A stretch of DNA of 64,000 nt from positions 6,168 through 70,167 of IMG/VR virus record IMGVR_UViG_3300042291_002084, one strand, 5' to 3'. Source of the stretch: a virus. Shown here in pieces: positions 27,936 to 35,633 of the stretch. Position 1 is the stretch's first letter. Each line of letters starts with the position of its first letter. The position numbers and the translations under genes are program-made. The notes below the pieces were generated by a model, which saw only the letters and a list, made by a program, of their open reading frames with translations, had not been told where the DNA came from and did no database searches.

Positions 27936-29798
27936 ATGAGTATGCATATTATTCAAGATTTCAGTAAATGGAAAAAAATAAATGAACAGGCTTTACCTCC
28001 TAGAGAAAGAGAAAGAGGTGTTGAAAATAATAAAATAGTTGCAATTCCACTTGATGCAACATCATTAAAACTAAAAATTGTTAATGACACAGATGTAATT
28101 GATGCAAATGGTAAATTAACAAATATGACCTTCACGTTCATTATGGACTGGCTTAAGAAACAAACAGCTATTTGGAATTATTATAAAGCTAAATTAGGTG
28201 ATCTTTCAACAAATGTTGTAGTATACTCAATTGCAAAAGATAATTCAAGAAAACAGGTAATTGTATTTAACATATATTCTAAGACTGCATTAAAACAGCA
28301 GGATCCAACTAAGCCTGGAATAAATCCAGCAGTTCAATTTATTAGAGAAGATGAAATATCTTCTGCATTAGATGGAAAGATCTTAGGTTCAGGCGCACAA
28401 GTTAATCAAACACAACAAGCTGACCAAACTACGTTAAACTTACCTATTAAATCAGCTGACATTATTAATTCAACAAGTACACCTTTAATTACATTTATTA
28501 AAGATACTTATAATAAAGTTAAAGCAAAAGTTACTGGAAATCCTATTCTTGCAACAGTTAAGTCTGAAGTAGTTGCTTCAAAACTTGGAACTGGTTCCCA
28601 AACTTTTGTTAAAGCATTAAATTCTGGCTTTGGAATACTTGATGCTACCTTTAATGAAGATACTGAAACAAATATTACACAAAGCCTAGTTGATAAATTA
28701 GTTAAACCTGAAGAATTAAATGTTGACTTATTTAATAAAGTTGCAAGCGTAACTCAACCAATTAGCGCTGGTGATATTAAAGTACCTGCTGGAGGATTTA
28801 GGGAAGGAATTCAAGGAGATCCTGAATTGAAAAAAGTACAAGATTTATTAGCTAAAAAATTAGCTCGTCATCTTAGAGACCATGCAACATACCAAGCATT
28901 TGTAAAAGCTGGTAAAAATGGGTTTGTTGGTAATTATGGACCATTGACTCATAATTTAGTTGTACTATTAAAAAGTATTGCTGAAAATCCACCATATCCA
29001 AATAAAGATGGTTCGATAATTGAACAAGATTTTGTACAAATGATTCAAGAAATAAATGAATCTTTCTATATTGGATTAGACGGGTCTACTCTAATTACTG
29101 AATCTACTTTTAATTTCAGTAATGCTGAAGCAATTCAACCAAGTGCACCAGCTGCAACTCAAGACAAGAGTACGCCAGCTAAAAAAAAAATTAAATCTTC
29201 TACAAGTCCAACGTCAACTAAGCCAGAAGGTCTAGATGTTAAAGCATTTCAAAAATGGATGGTAGCTTCTGGAAAAGATGGATGGTCTAACTCCGATATT
29301 GATAATATTTGGGGACCTAAAACGTCTACTGCCTGGAATAAATGGAGTGATGAGTGGTCTCAATATACTATTCCATTAGAAGGAGAGGATACTGATAAAG
29401 TAGATGTAGCAGATCAACCAAGCAAAGATGCAGTTGATAAAATGTTTGATAGTTTAGTACAAAACATTGAGAAGTATGTTGAGAATTCTATGAATTTTGA
29501 AAAATACTTTAATTCGGCTGATGCTTGGAATAAAGGAATTGCTCAAGAGTGGAAAAACGCATGGTATCCAGAGTATACAAAAATTAAAAAAGTGGTTGCC
29601 TCACTTGACCAAAATGATAGTGATACTAGTAGATATACCACAAATTTAAGTAGAATATTAAAAATGTTTAAAGGATATAAATTTATGAATACTTGGAATG
29701 GTCATACTGACGATGATAGTTTTTACATAAACATATTATATCATGCAACTAGGGCAGGTGGAAACTATCGTGCATATAAAATAACTTGCGATTTTTAA
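27936..29798 (+). CDS. Tagged virion protein with peptidoglycan-binding (PG_binding_1-like) repeats
   Basis: ELKKVQDLL…GNYGPLT and DVKAFQKWM…DNIWGPKT; tag FSKWKKINEQ, internal INES/ITES. Confidence 0.7.
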   Translation: MSMHIIQDFSKWKKINEQALPPRERERGVENNKIVAIPLDATSLKLKIVNDTDVIDANGKLTNMTFTFIMDWLKKQTAIWNYYKAKLGDLSTNVVVYSIAKDNSRKQVIVFNIYSKTALKQQDPTKPGINPAVQFIREDEISSALDGKILGSGAQVNQTQQADQTTLNLPIKSADIINSTSTPLITFIKDTYNKVKAKVTGNPILATVKSEVVASKLGTGSQTFVKALNSGFGILDATFNEDTETNITQSLVDKLVKPEELNVDLFNKVASVTQPISAGDIKVPAGGFREGIQGDPELKKVQDLLAKKLARHLRDHATYQAFVKAGKNGFVGNYGPLTHNLVVLLKSIAENPPYPNKDGSIIEQDFVQMIQEINESFYIGLDGSTLITESTFNFSNAEAIQPSAPAATQDKSTPAKKKIKSSTSPTSTKPEGLDVKAFQKWMVASGKDGWSNSDIDNIWGPKTSTAWNKWSDEWSQYTIPLEGEDTDKVDVADQPSKDAVDKMFDSLVQNIEKYVENSMNFEKYFNSADAWNKGIAQEWKNAWYPEYTKIKKVVASLDQNDSDTSRYTTNLSRILKMFKGYKFMNTWNGHTDDDSFYINILYHATRAGGNYRAYKITCDF

Positions 29799-29799
29799 T

Positions 29800-30159
29800 A
29801 TGCAAAATAGAGCAAAAACATACAAACAATTTATTCTTGAAGCTTACATAGATGATTCTGGTGAGCTTCAGGATTTTAATTCTCCTAATGATGATGATTA
29901 TGATGCCAAACTAATTGATGAGGCTCAGCGTATTCAGGAATTCCTAGAAGATCTTGGAGCAACTGATGTCCAATTAACAGTACGCGAACCATATATTAGA
30001 TTTAAGTTTATATACGGAGATTATAAATATTATATGGGCGTAGATCTAGATAATGGAACAGTTAGAATCTACACAGATAGTTCTGAACTATACGCAGATT
30101 CAATGGAAAGTTTTATTGATGTAGTAAATGCAAATGGATTGGATTTTTTAAATTATTAA
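29800..30159 (+). CDS. Putative internal virion protein, tag AKTYKQFILEA
   Basis: Very close to T4 IPIII capsid targeting sequence MKTYQEFIAE. Confidence 0.8.
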   Translation: MQNRAKTYKQFILEAYIDDSGELQDFNSPNDDDYDAKLIDEAQRIQEFLEDLGATDVQLTVREPYIRFKFIYGDYKYYMGVDLDNGTVRIYTDSSELYADSMESFIDVVNANGLDFLNY

Positions 30160-30163
30160 TGGG

Positions 30164-31111
30164 ATGGAATTATTAGACTTTAATTATTGGACAAGCATAG
30201 TTGAGAGTGCAGCAAATCAACAAGTAAATAAAGTATTTACAATTGGGCCTGACTTCAATACTTTAGTCACAGATACTTATTACCAAGTAGCCGACTCAGT
30301 TTTAAGTGAATTCGCAAACGGTTTTGAATATGAACTTCACTTAAATCCTAGTGAGTTATCAATTAAAATAGTATTTGGTGACGATGACGATGATATTCGA
30401 TCAAGTATATATGGAGTAGCTGAATCATTTAATGTAGTATTGAAGTCATTAATTTATATAGAGGGCTATTATGGAAGTGGAAGTCATCTCTTATCTAGTA
30501 CAAATTTGCCTAAATTACTTCAGGTGCAATTTCGTAATGAAATTATAGATAAATCAAATGACACAACTACTATTCGAGTAAGCGCAAGACCTGATGATTT
30601 TGAATTAAAATTAAATAATATTGCTAAAATTGTTGGCGCTGGTTCAAATGCATGGTCATCAATGAGTGCTGATTTTACAGCCCCAACAATCGCTGAATAT
30701 TTAGCAGCAGTTAGACCAAAGGAAGAAACAGATAAAGAAGAAGCAATCAAAGTACTTGCTAATAAGTTAAATAACAGTATTCGATATCAAACAGCTCTTG
30801 AAGTATTTAAAATAATTGTATCTGATCTTAACTTAAATATTGATGAACTAGTTTCCCAAATTTCTGAGAAAACAGAGTCATTTAAAGCAATAGATTTAGA
30901 TAAATTACCAGAAGATGAAAAGAAGAAAACTCTTACTGAGATCTTAAAATTTCAAAACTATCTACTGAACTTGTCAAATCCACGTAAAATTCAAGAATCT
31001 AAAATTGCAGTCGACTCACTAATTGATATATTTAGAATACTGATTAAACAGGTCGGCGATCTTAAAACAGTCAAAAAAGAACTTACTGCGGTTGCTAGAC
31101 TTCCTCGCTAG
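30164..31111 (+). CDS. Hypothetical tagged protein (MELLDFNYWTSIVES)
   Basis: ORF; tag-like N-terminus. Confidence 0.75.
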   Translation: MELLDFNYWTSIVESAANQQVNKVFTIGPDFNTLVTDTYYQVADSVLSEFANGFEYELHLNPSELSIKIVFGDDDDDIRSSIYGVAESFNVVLKSLIYIEGYYGSGSHLLSSTNLPKLLQVQFRNEIIDKSNDTTTIRVSARPDDFELKLNNIAKIVGAGSNAWSSMSADFTAPTIAEYLAAVRPKEETDKEEAIKVLANKLNNSIRYQTALEVFKIIVSDLNLNIDELVSQISEKTESFKAIDLDKLPEDEKKKTLTEILKFQNYLLNLSNPRKIQESKIAVDSLIDIFRILIKQVGDLKTVKKELTAVARLPR

Positions 31112-31150
31112 AGGATCCTTTCTTAAGTCGCATAATAACCAATAATTATT

Positions 31151-31456
31151 TTATTGAGCCTCTCCAGTATTATCAGAAGGCACTGACTTTTCTTTTTGTA
31201 TATGATTAATAATATATCCTGAAATTGCAAACTCAATACTTGCCCAAATAGCAAGATCAGAAGTAGACATAGTGGATATTTTAGTAAGAAGGAAAAATAT
31301 CATTCCCCATTGCGCAATGATAAAGGCTATTCCAGATTCAATTCTTTTCTTAGAGAATAAGGAAGGCTTAGAGCTATAGATTTTACTAAATTCGGAAGTT
31401 ATCCATTTAATGTTGCTCCAACCAAAGAAATATTTTTTTGTTTTTTCAGGTGCCAT
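31151..31456 (-). CDS. Two-TM membrane protein, holin-like
   Basis: Two hydrophobic segments; late box upstream. Confidence 0.55.
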   Translation of the reverse strand: MAPEKTKKYFFGWSNIKWITSEFSKIYSSKPSLFSKKRIESGIAFIIAQWGMIFFLLTKISTMSTSDLAIWASIEFAISGYIINHIQKEKSVPSDNTGEAQ

Positions 31457-31642
31457 CTCATAATATTATTTTTATACTATTATTTATCTGGTACACTTTA
31501 CTTTGAGTGGATATTGGTGGTTATCGTGATTGCACAGATAGATAAGCAGAATATGCTTTATTAGTTATTATAGTATCTACTTTATTTTGACTGAATAAAG
31601 AAGTACGTATAATAATTAATAACAATACTAATAGATTTTTCA

Positions 31643-31882
31643 TTAATTTTGATTTTTGTTTTTATATATCAAATTAATTACTTTTCCAAATAGTTGATCT
31701 ATCTTTTTTGATTTAGTGAATGATTGAAATGATTGTATTTCATCTAAACTAATGGTATCGATAACCGATTGGAAATCTATTTCATCTAAGAAATATTTAT
31801 CCAGTAATTCTGTATCAATTAACTTTTTATTTTCAATTAGATATTGAATGTATTCTCTTTCGTATTTAAATTCTCTTTTCAT
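31643..31882 (-). CDS. Small hypothetical protein
   Basis: ORF in very AT-rich block. Confidence 0.55.
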   Translation of the reverse strand: MKREFKYEREYIQYLIENKKLIDTELLDKYFLDEIDFQSVIDTISLDEIQSFQSFTKSKKIDQLFGKVINLIYKNKNQN

Positions 31883-31931
31883 TTTATAAATATTATATAT
31901 AATATATAATTATATAAAAAAAAATAGAATT

Positions 31932-32852
31932 ATGAAATATATTAAATTATACGAACAATTTAGACTTATCTTAGAACAATTGGATAGTCAAGGAAAACAA
32001 TTATTTTTACTATGTGGACCAAGTGCAACTGGTAAAACTTATTTAGCTGGTCAAATCGGAATTGAACACTGGGTGAAATCAACAGATTTTAAAGGTAATT
32101 GTCTAATCACAACTGATAATGAAGATGGTGAACAAGAAAAAATTACTGAGTTATTGGAAGCAAAAGGTTGTCCTAAGTTAGCAGAGATATCAAAATCTGA
32201 TATAAAAGATATTGGTGGAGTTTTTTTGATTGCTTATGTAGGTGATGGTGTAGATAAAAAATGGTTTGACCAGTGGAAGAATGAAGCTGATGAAGAAGAA
32301 AAGAATATTCTAAATCCATTATTTGAGATTCTTACTAAAGAAAATACTTTTTGTCCACAAACGATTACACAACAAGATAGTAGAGTTTTAAAACTAGCAC
32401 TAATTTCTTATTTATGGGGACCTGGTACAATTTTATTTGATGATGTTAGACCAACAATCACTAAGTTTTATGATGATATAACAGAGTATATTATTTACAC
32501 ACCTATTACTACTTATTTAAGTGATAATTTAGTGAAGAGATTGGTAAAAGAACCTGATATGAATATAAAAGGTAAGATTGAAAAGTTTTTTGAATGGTTT
32601 CAATTATCAGAAACTGTTGATACTTCATTTCCTGATGATAAAAAATACACATTGGACGAGATTGAAGAATCTATGATAGAATTGAATGAAAAACTAAAAA
32701 CAAAAATAACTATTGAAGATTTTATCACTATTTCTAAAATTAATGATAAAATGAAAGAAGATGGTTTCTACTTTAAAAGTGGTGGAATTCAAGGAGATAA
32801 AGATAAAAGTAAAGTGTTTAATTCAAGAAGTGGTGAGAAGTTAAGTTTATAA
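31932..32852 (+). CDS. P-loop kinase/NTPase with tag MKYIKLYEQFRLILEQ
   Basis: Walker A LLCGPSATGKT; ILFDD Walker B-like. Confidence 0.8.
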   Translation: MKYIKLYEQFRLILEQLDSQGKQLFLLCGPSATGKTYLAGQIGIEHWVKSTDFKGNCLITTDNEDGEQEKITELLEAKGCPKLAEISKSDIKDIGGVFLIAYVGDGVDKKWFDQWKNEADEEEKNILNPLFEILTKENTFCPQTITQQDSRVLKLALISYLWGPGTILFDDVRPTITKFYDDITEYIIYTPITTYLSDNLVKRLVKEPDMNIKGKIEKFFEWFQLSETVDTSFPDDKKYTLDEIEESMIELNEKLKTKITIEDFITISKINDKMKEDGFYFKSGGIQGDKDKSKVFNSRSGEKLSL

Positions 32853-32858
32853 AGTTAT

Positions 32859-33044
32859 TTAAATTCCAAGTTCTTCTAGTTTTCTATGTCTAATAGTTGA
32901 AATATTATCAACCATAAATAAATATAAATTATAATCACCTTGTACTTCGTGACATTTTACAAAATAAAATGTATAAATTTCTTTCTCTAAAAATTCAATC
33001 ATTAAATCATAACTACTAAACGATAATAAATCACTAGTTTTCAT
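32859..33044 (-). CDS. Small hypothetical protein ending RHRKLEELGI
   Basis: ORF. Confidence 0.55.
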   Translation of the reverse strand: MKTSDLLSFSSYDLMIEFLEKEIYTFYFVKCHEVQGDYNLYLFMVDNISTIRHRKLEELGI

Positions 33045-33091
33045 AAGTGATTGTAATTGTTTATTTGGACCATCATCTTCTAAGTAGAAAA

Positions 33092-33111
33092 GGGTTTCGA
33101 CAGGATTTGAA
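33092..33111 (-). pseudogene. Orphan tRNA 3' fragment (T-loop + acceptor 3' strand)
   Basis: Minus TTCAAAT-CCTGT-CGAAACC-C with no matching 5' half. Confidence 0.5.
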
Positions 33112-33132
33112 TAGTTTATTCTATCACCAAAA

Positions 33133-33205
33133 TGATCTACTATGGACTCGAACCACCGACACCTAGTTTTGGAGACTAGTGCTCTACCGACTGAGCTATC
33201 TCTGT
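33133..33205 (-). pseudogene. tRNA-Trp(CCA) pseudogene lacking acceptor 3' strand
   Basis: Intact D arm, anticodon arm CTAGT-CTCCAAA-ACTAG and T loop, but 5' ACAGAGA is faced by GTAGATC. Confidence 0.75.
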
Positions 33206-33212
33206 ATAAAAA

Positions 33213-33346
33213 AGGAGAAGTCGTCGGGTCTTTCAGGGTTTCTGGTTACTATCTTTAAAAGGAGGTGGGTGCACTGTCTACTCTAAACCCTTTTTCGACC
33301 TTCATCCACCTGGAAAAATAACTACAGCTTCACTAACTTCTCCCCT
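33213..33346 (-). ncRNA. Candidate ~133-nt structured RNA with pseudoknot
   Basis: Closing stem GGAGAAGT/ACTTCTCC; AGGTGG/CCACCT crossing GGTC..AGGGTTT/AAACCCT..GACC. Confidence 0.55.
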
Positions 33347-33351
33347 ATTTT

Positions 33352-33504
33352 TTATTTTACCTCATCTAAATCAAATACTCGTACTAGTTTAGTAAATCGA
33401 GTATATACTATTTTTACTGAGGATAAAGGTTTTCTTCTTTTTCTCCCCTTAGAAGGCTTTTTAATTTTAGAAGATGGGAGATCTCCTTTTATTACTACTC
33501 TCAT
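33352..33504 (-). CDS. 50-aa basic protein (MRVVIKGDLPSSKIKKPSKGRKRRK...)
   Basis: ATGA overlap with stop of upstream ORF. Confidence 0.45.
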   Translation of the reverse strand: MRVVIKGDLPSSKIKKPSKGRKRRKPLSSVKIVYTRFTKLVRVFDLDEVK

Positions 33505-33695
33505 GTTTTTCCTAGATCTTCTTTTTTACGCAGGATGTTAATTGAACCGTTTGCCCAGTGTTCTACGATATTGCCATCCTTCATGTAGATTTTAGGTAGA
33601 CCTTTGCCCCAAGTATCAGCAGTTACTTGATCATCAAATGCCTTCTTAAATTCTTCAGATTTTAAGTATTCATGTAACTCATCCATACTATACAT
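33501..33695 (-). CDS. Small hypothetical protein in tRNA cluster
   Basis: ORF. Confidence 0.7.
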   Translation of the reverse strand: MYSMDELHEYLKSEEFKKAFDDQVTADTWGKGLPKIYMKDGNIVEHWANGSINILRKKEDLGKT

Positions 33696-33709
33696 AATTA
33701 TTATTTAAG

Positions 33710-33782
33710 CGGACTCAGTAGGATTCGAACCTACGACCAATAGATTAACAGTCTACTGCTCTACCGACTGAGCTATGAGTCC
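33710..33782 (-). tRNA. tRNA-Asn(GTT)
   Basis: Cloverleaf GGACTCA/TGAGTCC, anticodon loop CTGTTAA, TTCGAAT. Confidence 0.95.
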
Positions 33783-33835
33783 AAATGAGGAAGACAGAAG
33801 CCTAGGACTTCTGTCATCAATAGTTATACTATTGA

Positions 33836-33907
33836 CAGGTAATAGATGAATCGAACATCTGTCATCAAGAAAACATCTCGATATCCTAGCCGCTAGACGA
33901 ATTACCC
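33836..33907 (-). tRNA. tRNA-like RNA with non-canonical anticodon loop (ATGTTTT), Glu/Asp-type D arm
   Basis: Acceptor GGGTAAT/ATTACCT, D arm GTCTAGCGGCTAGGAT, T arm AGATG-TTCGATT-CATCT. Confidence 0.65.
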
Positions 33908-33940
33908 ATAACGTCTGTAACTATTGTTCCAATAAGATAG

Positions 33941-34013
33941 CGGTCCTGAAGGGATTCGAACCCTCGATCTCCGCCGTGACAGGGCAGCGTCCACTCCGCT
34001 GGACCGCAGGACC
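33941..34013 (-). tRNA. tRNA-Asp(GTC)
   Basis: Cloverleaf GGTCCTG/CAGGACC, loop CTGTCAC. Confidence 0.95.
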
Positions 34014-34015
34014 AT

Positions 34016-34235
34016 TAAAAAGAGCCGGCTTACATTCCATCTTCCGGCTCTTGTACTCAATCTTCTCGCTAGCATCCGATTGAAGGTAGAGTTTAGCTCC
34101 CAAACTCTTCCACTCTCTAAAAGGCATTACACTATTATGGAATACGTAAGCAAGACCCTTAGTTTTATAGCCAACTAAGATAAACTGCTATTTAGCGCAT
34201 AACTGCGGGAATATTTTTTAGTTATGTAAACTCTA
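34016..34235 (-). ncRNA. Candidate ~220-nt multi-hairpin RNA with own promoter-like and terminator-like ends
   Basis: Hairpins CATAACT/AGTTATG, CTTAGTT/AACTAAG, AGAGTTTGG/CTAAACTCT, TCAATC/GATTGA, AAGAGCCGG/CCGGCTCTT+U-run; GAAAC-N16-GTATAA at 34242-34268. Confidence 0.45.
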
Positions 34236-34278
34236 TTAATATTATACCATACTTTAATTAGAAGTTTCACAGCATTTG

Positions 34279-34354
34279 TAGAATAGGTTGGATTCGAACC
34301 AACGTGATCCTGTTCCCAAAACAGGCGAGATAAACCAGACTCCTCTACTACTCT
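34279..34354 (-). tRNA. tRNA-Pro(TGG)
   Basis: Anticodon arm CCTGT-TTTGGGA-ACAGG; T arm GTTGG-TTCGAAT-CCAAC. Confidence 0.93.
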
Positions 34355-34359
34355 ATAAA

Positions 34360-34700
34360 AAACCCAAGCAGTAATTCTTGATCAGGGACACTTGCTTGGG
34401 GTTGATACTAGTTATAAAGTTGTCTATAAAGGTAACGTCTTACACGTATAGATCAGGTCTCATTTCCCAGCACCAGAGAACGACCAGGAGAGTGAGCAGT
34501 TCTTATGGTATGCCCCCAGGTCAATGGCTGCTGATACTATCAGCAGCCGGCAAACGACCCATCCTGGGACGCTGTTCTTATGGGTAGCGTGATGGGTACG
34601 GTTATAATAAGTTGGGCAGGATCAGACGCGTTCTGCCTGCCGGGACCTCGTCGTTGTTATTCTCCGAAGATTATGAATAACAGAGCGGACCGAGACACTA
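34360..34700 (-). ncRNA. GC-rich structured RNA region (several hairpins incl. twin CCATAAGAAC loops)
   Basis: Multiple inverted repeats between tRNA-Ile2/Met and tRNA-Pro. Confidence 0.55.
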
Positions 34701-34702
34701 GG

Positions 34703-34776
34703 TGGTCCTTCTAGGGATCGAACCTAGGACCTACTGATTATGAGTCAGTTGCTCTAACCAACTGAGCTAAAGGACC
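34703..34776 (-). tRNA. tRNA with CAT anticodon (Ile2-like or elongator Met)
   Basis: GGTCCTT/AAGGACC-A, loop CTCATAA. Confidence 0.92.
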
Positions 34777-34838
34777 TGGTGGAACTTATAAAACCCATCT
34801 TTTTCAAGGTAAGGAAACACGGCCCCTAGTTTTTTGCG

Positions 34839-34958
34839 TAGTTAGGACAGGGCTCGAACCTGCAACCTATCGGCAAGATTTACTTTGATACCTTCAGGTC
34901 ATGACTCCTTATCTTCTCAACACTCGCCAATCGCTCTCACCAATTGAGCTACCTGACT
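34839..34958 (-). tRNA. 120-nt tRNA-like RNA with ~45-nt insertion replacing the anticodon loop
   Basis: Acceptor AGTCAGG/CCTAACT (1 mismatch), D arm GCTC-AATTGGTGA-GAGC, 9-bp stem ATTGGCGAG/CTTGCCGAT, T arm GCAGG-TTCGAGC-CCTGT. Confidence 0.75.
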
Positions 34959-35086
34959 AAATTACTGGGGATTTGGCCTCAGGTACCCCAGTGTCGTAAG
35001 TTAACCTTTACTTACACCACCATCCGTGACACTTAGCTTTGTCCGATAGTTGTTGTTGTCCTAGTGCTAAGTTCAAACAACGGCTG

Positions 35087-35168
35087 TACTTCCGGAGAGA
35101 CTCGAACTCTCACACCTCGCGATACTAGCTCCTAAGGCTAGCGTGTCTACCAATTCCACCACGAAAGC
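35087..35168 (-). tRNA. tRNA-Leu(TAG)
   Basis: Loop CTTAGGA, long variable arm, GGTAGACACG D arm. Confidence 0.95.
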
Positions 35169-35174
35169 AAAGTA

Positions 35175-35251
35175 TGGTGATTCCACCAGGATTCTAACCT
35201 GGAACCTATGCCTTAGAAGGGCAGTGCTCTATACAGTTGAGCTATGGAACC
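35175..35251 (-). tRNA. tRNA-Arg(TCT), CCA encoded
   Basis: Loop CTTCTAA; T loop variant TTAGAAT. Confidence 0.92.
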
Positions 35252-35326
35252 TTTTTTAAATTAATCCAATATGTCAAAGAACTTTGGTTAAGTAGGCAAA
35301 CTTAATTACCTACCAGAACCTGGTTG

Positions 35327-35399
35327 TAGCGAGGGAGGGACTCGAACCCCCAACCTTTGGGTTATGAGCCCACTGAGCAGCCAATTGCTCCTCCTCGCA
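35327..35399 (-). tRNA. Initiator-type tRNA-Met(CAT)
   Basis: Unpaired 1:72, GGG/CCC anticodon stem, loop CTCATAA. Confidence 0.92.
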
Positions 35400-35442
35400 A
35401 TATAAAGTTATTATACTCTTTTTCTAACTACATTAAAACAAA

Positions 35443-35469
35443 AAACCTCAACTGAACAAGTTGAGGTTT
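35443..35469 (-). terminator. Terminator hairpin upstream of tRNA cluster (possible attenuator)
   Basis: AAACCTCAACT-tgttc-AGTTGAGGTTT + U-run. Confidence 0.8.
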
Positions 35470-35492
35470 AATATTTAATTATATTAGATCAC

Positions 35493-35576
35493 TCAACTTT
35501 TTAACAAGACTCTATAATCACCCGATTCCATTGGAAGGGCAAGATTAAGTATAGAATTATTTGTTAATTGTTTCAT
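35493..35576 (-). CDS. 27-aa putative leader peptide MKQLTNNSILNLALPMESGDYRVLLKS
   Basis: Stop codon lies within AAGTTGAG, complementary to the terminator 5' arm. Confidence 0.45.
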   Translation of the reverse strand: MKQLTNNSILNLALPMESGDYRVLLKS

Positions 35577-35633
35577 TGAAAGTATTAGCTGTTTATTTTA
35601 CTTTATTATTTATACTAAAATTTTAAAAAGGTT

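Noticed and set aside
33921-34587. ORFs 33921..34127 and 34378..34587
   Set aside because: Overlap tRNA-Asp and structured RNA elements; not credible CDS
35087-35168. Amber suppressor tRNA / stop-codon recoding
   Set aside because: Anticodon TAG is ordinary Leu (reads CUA); ORFs are full length under the standard code
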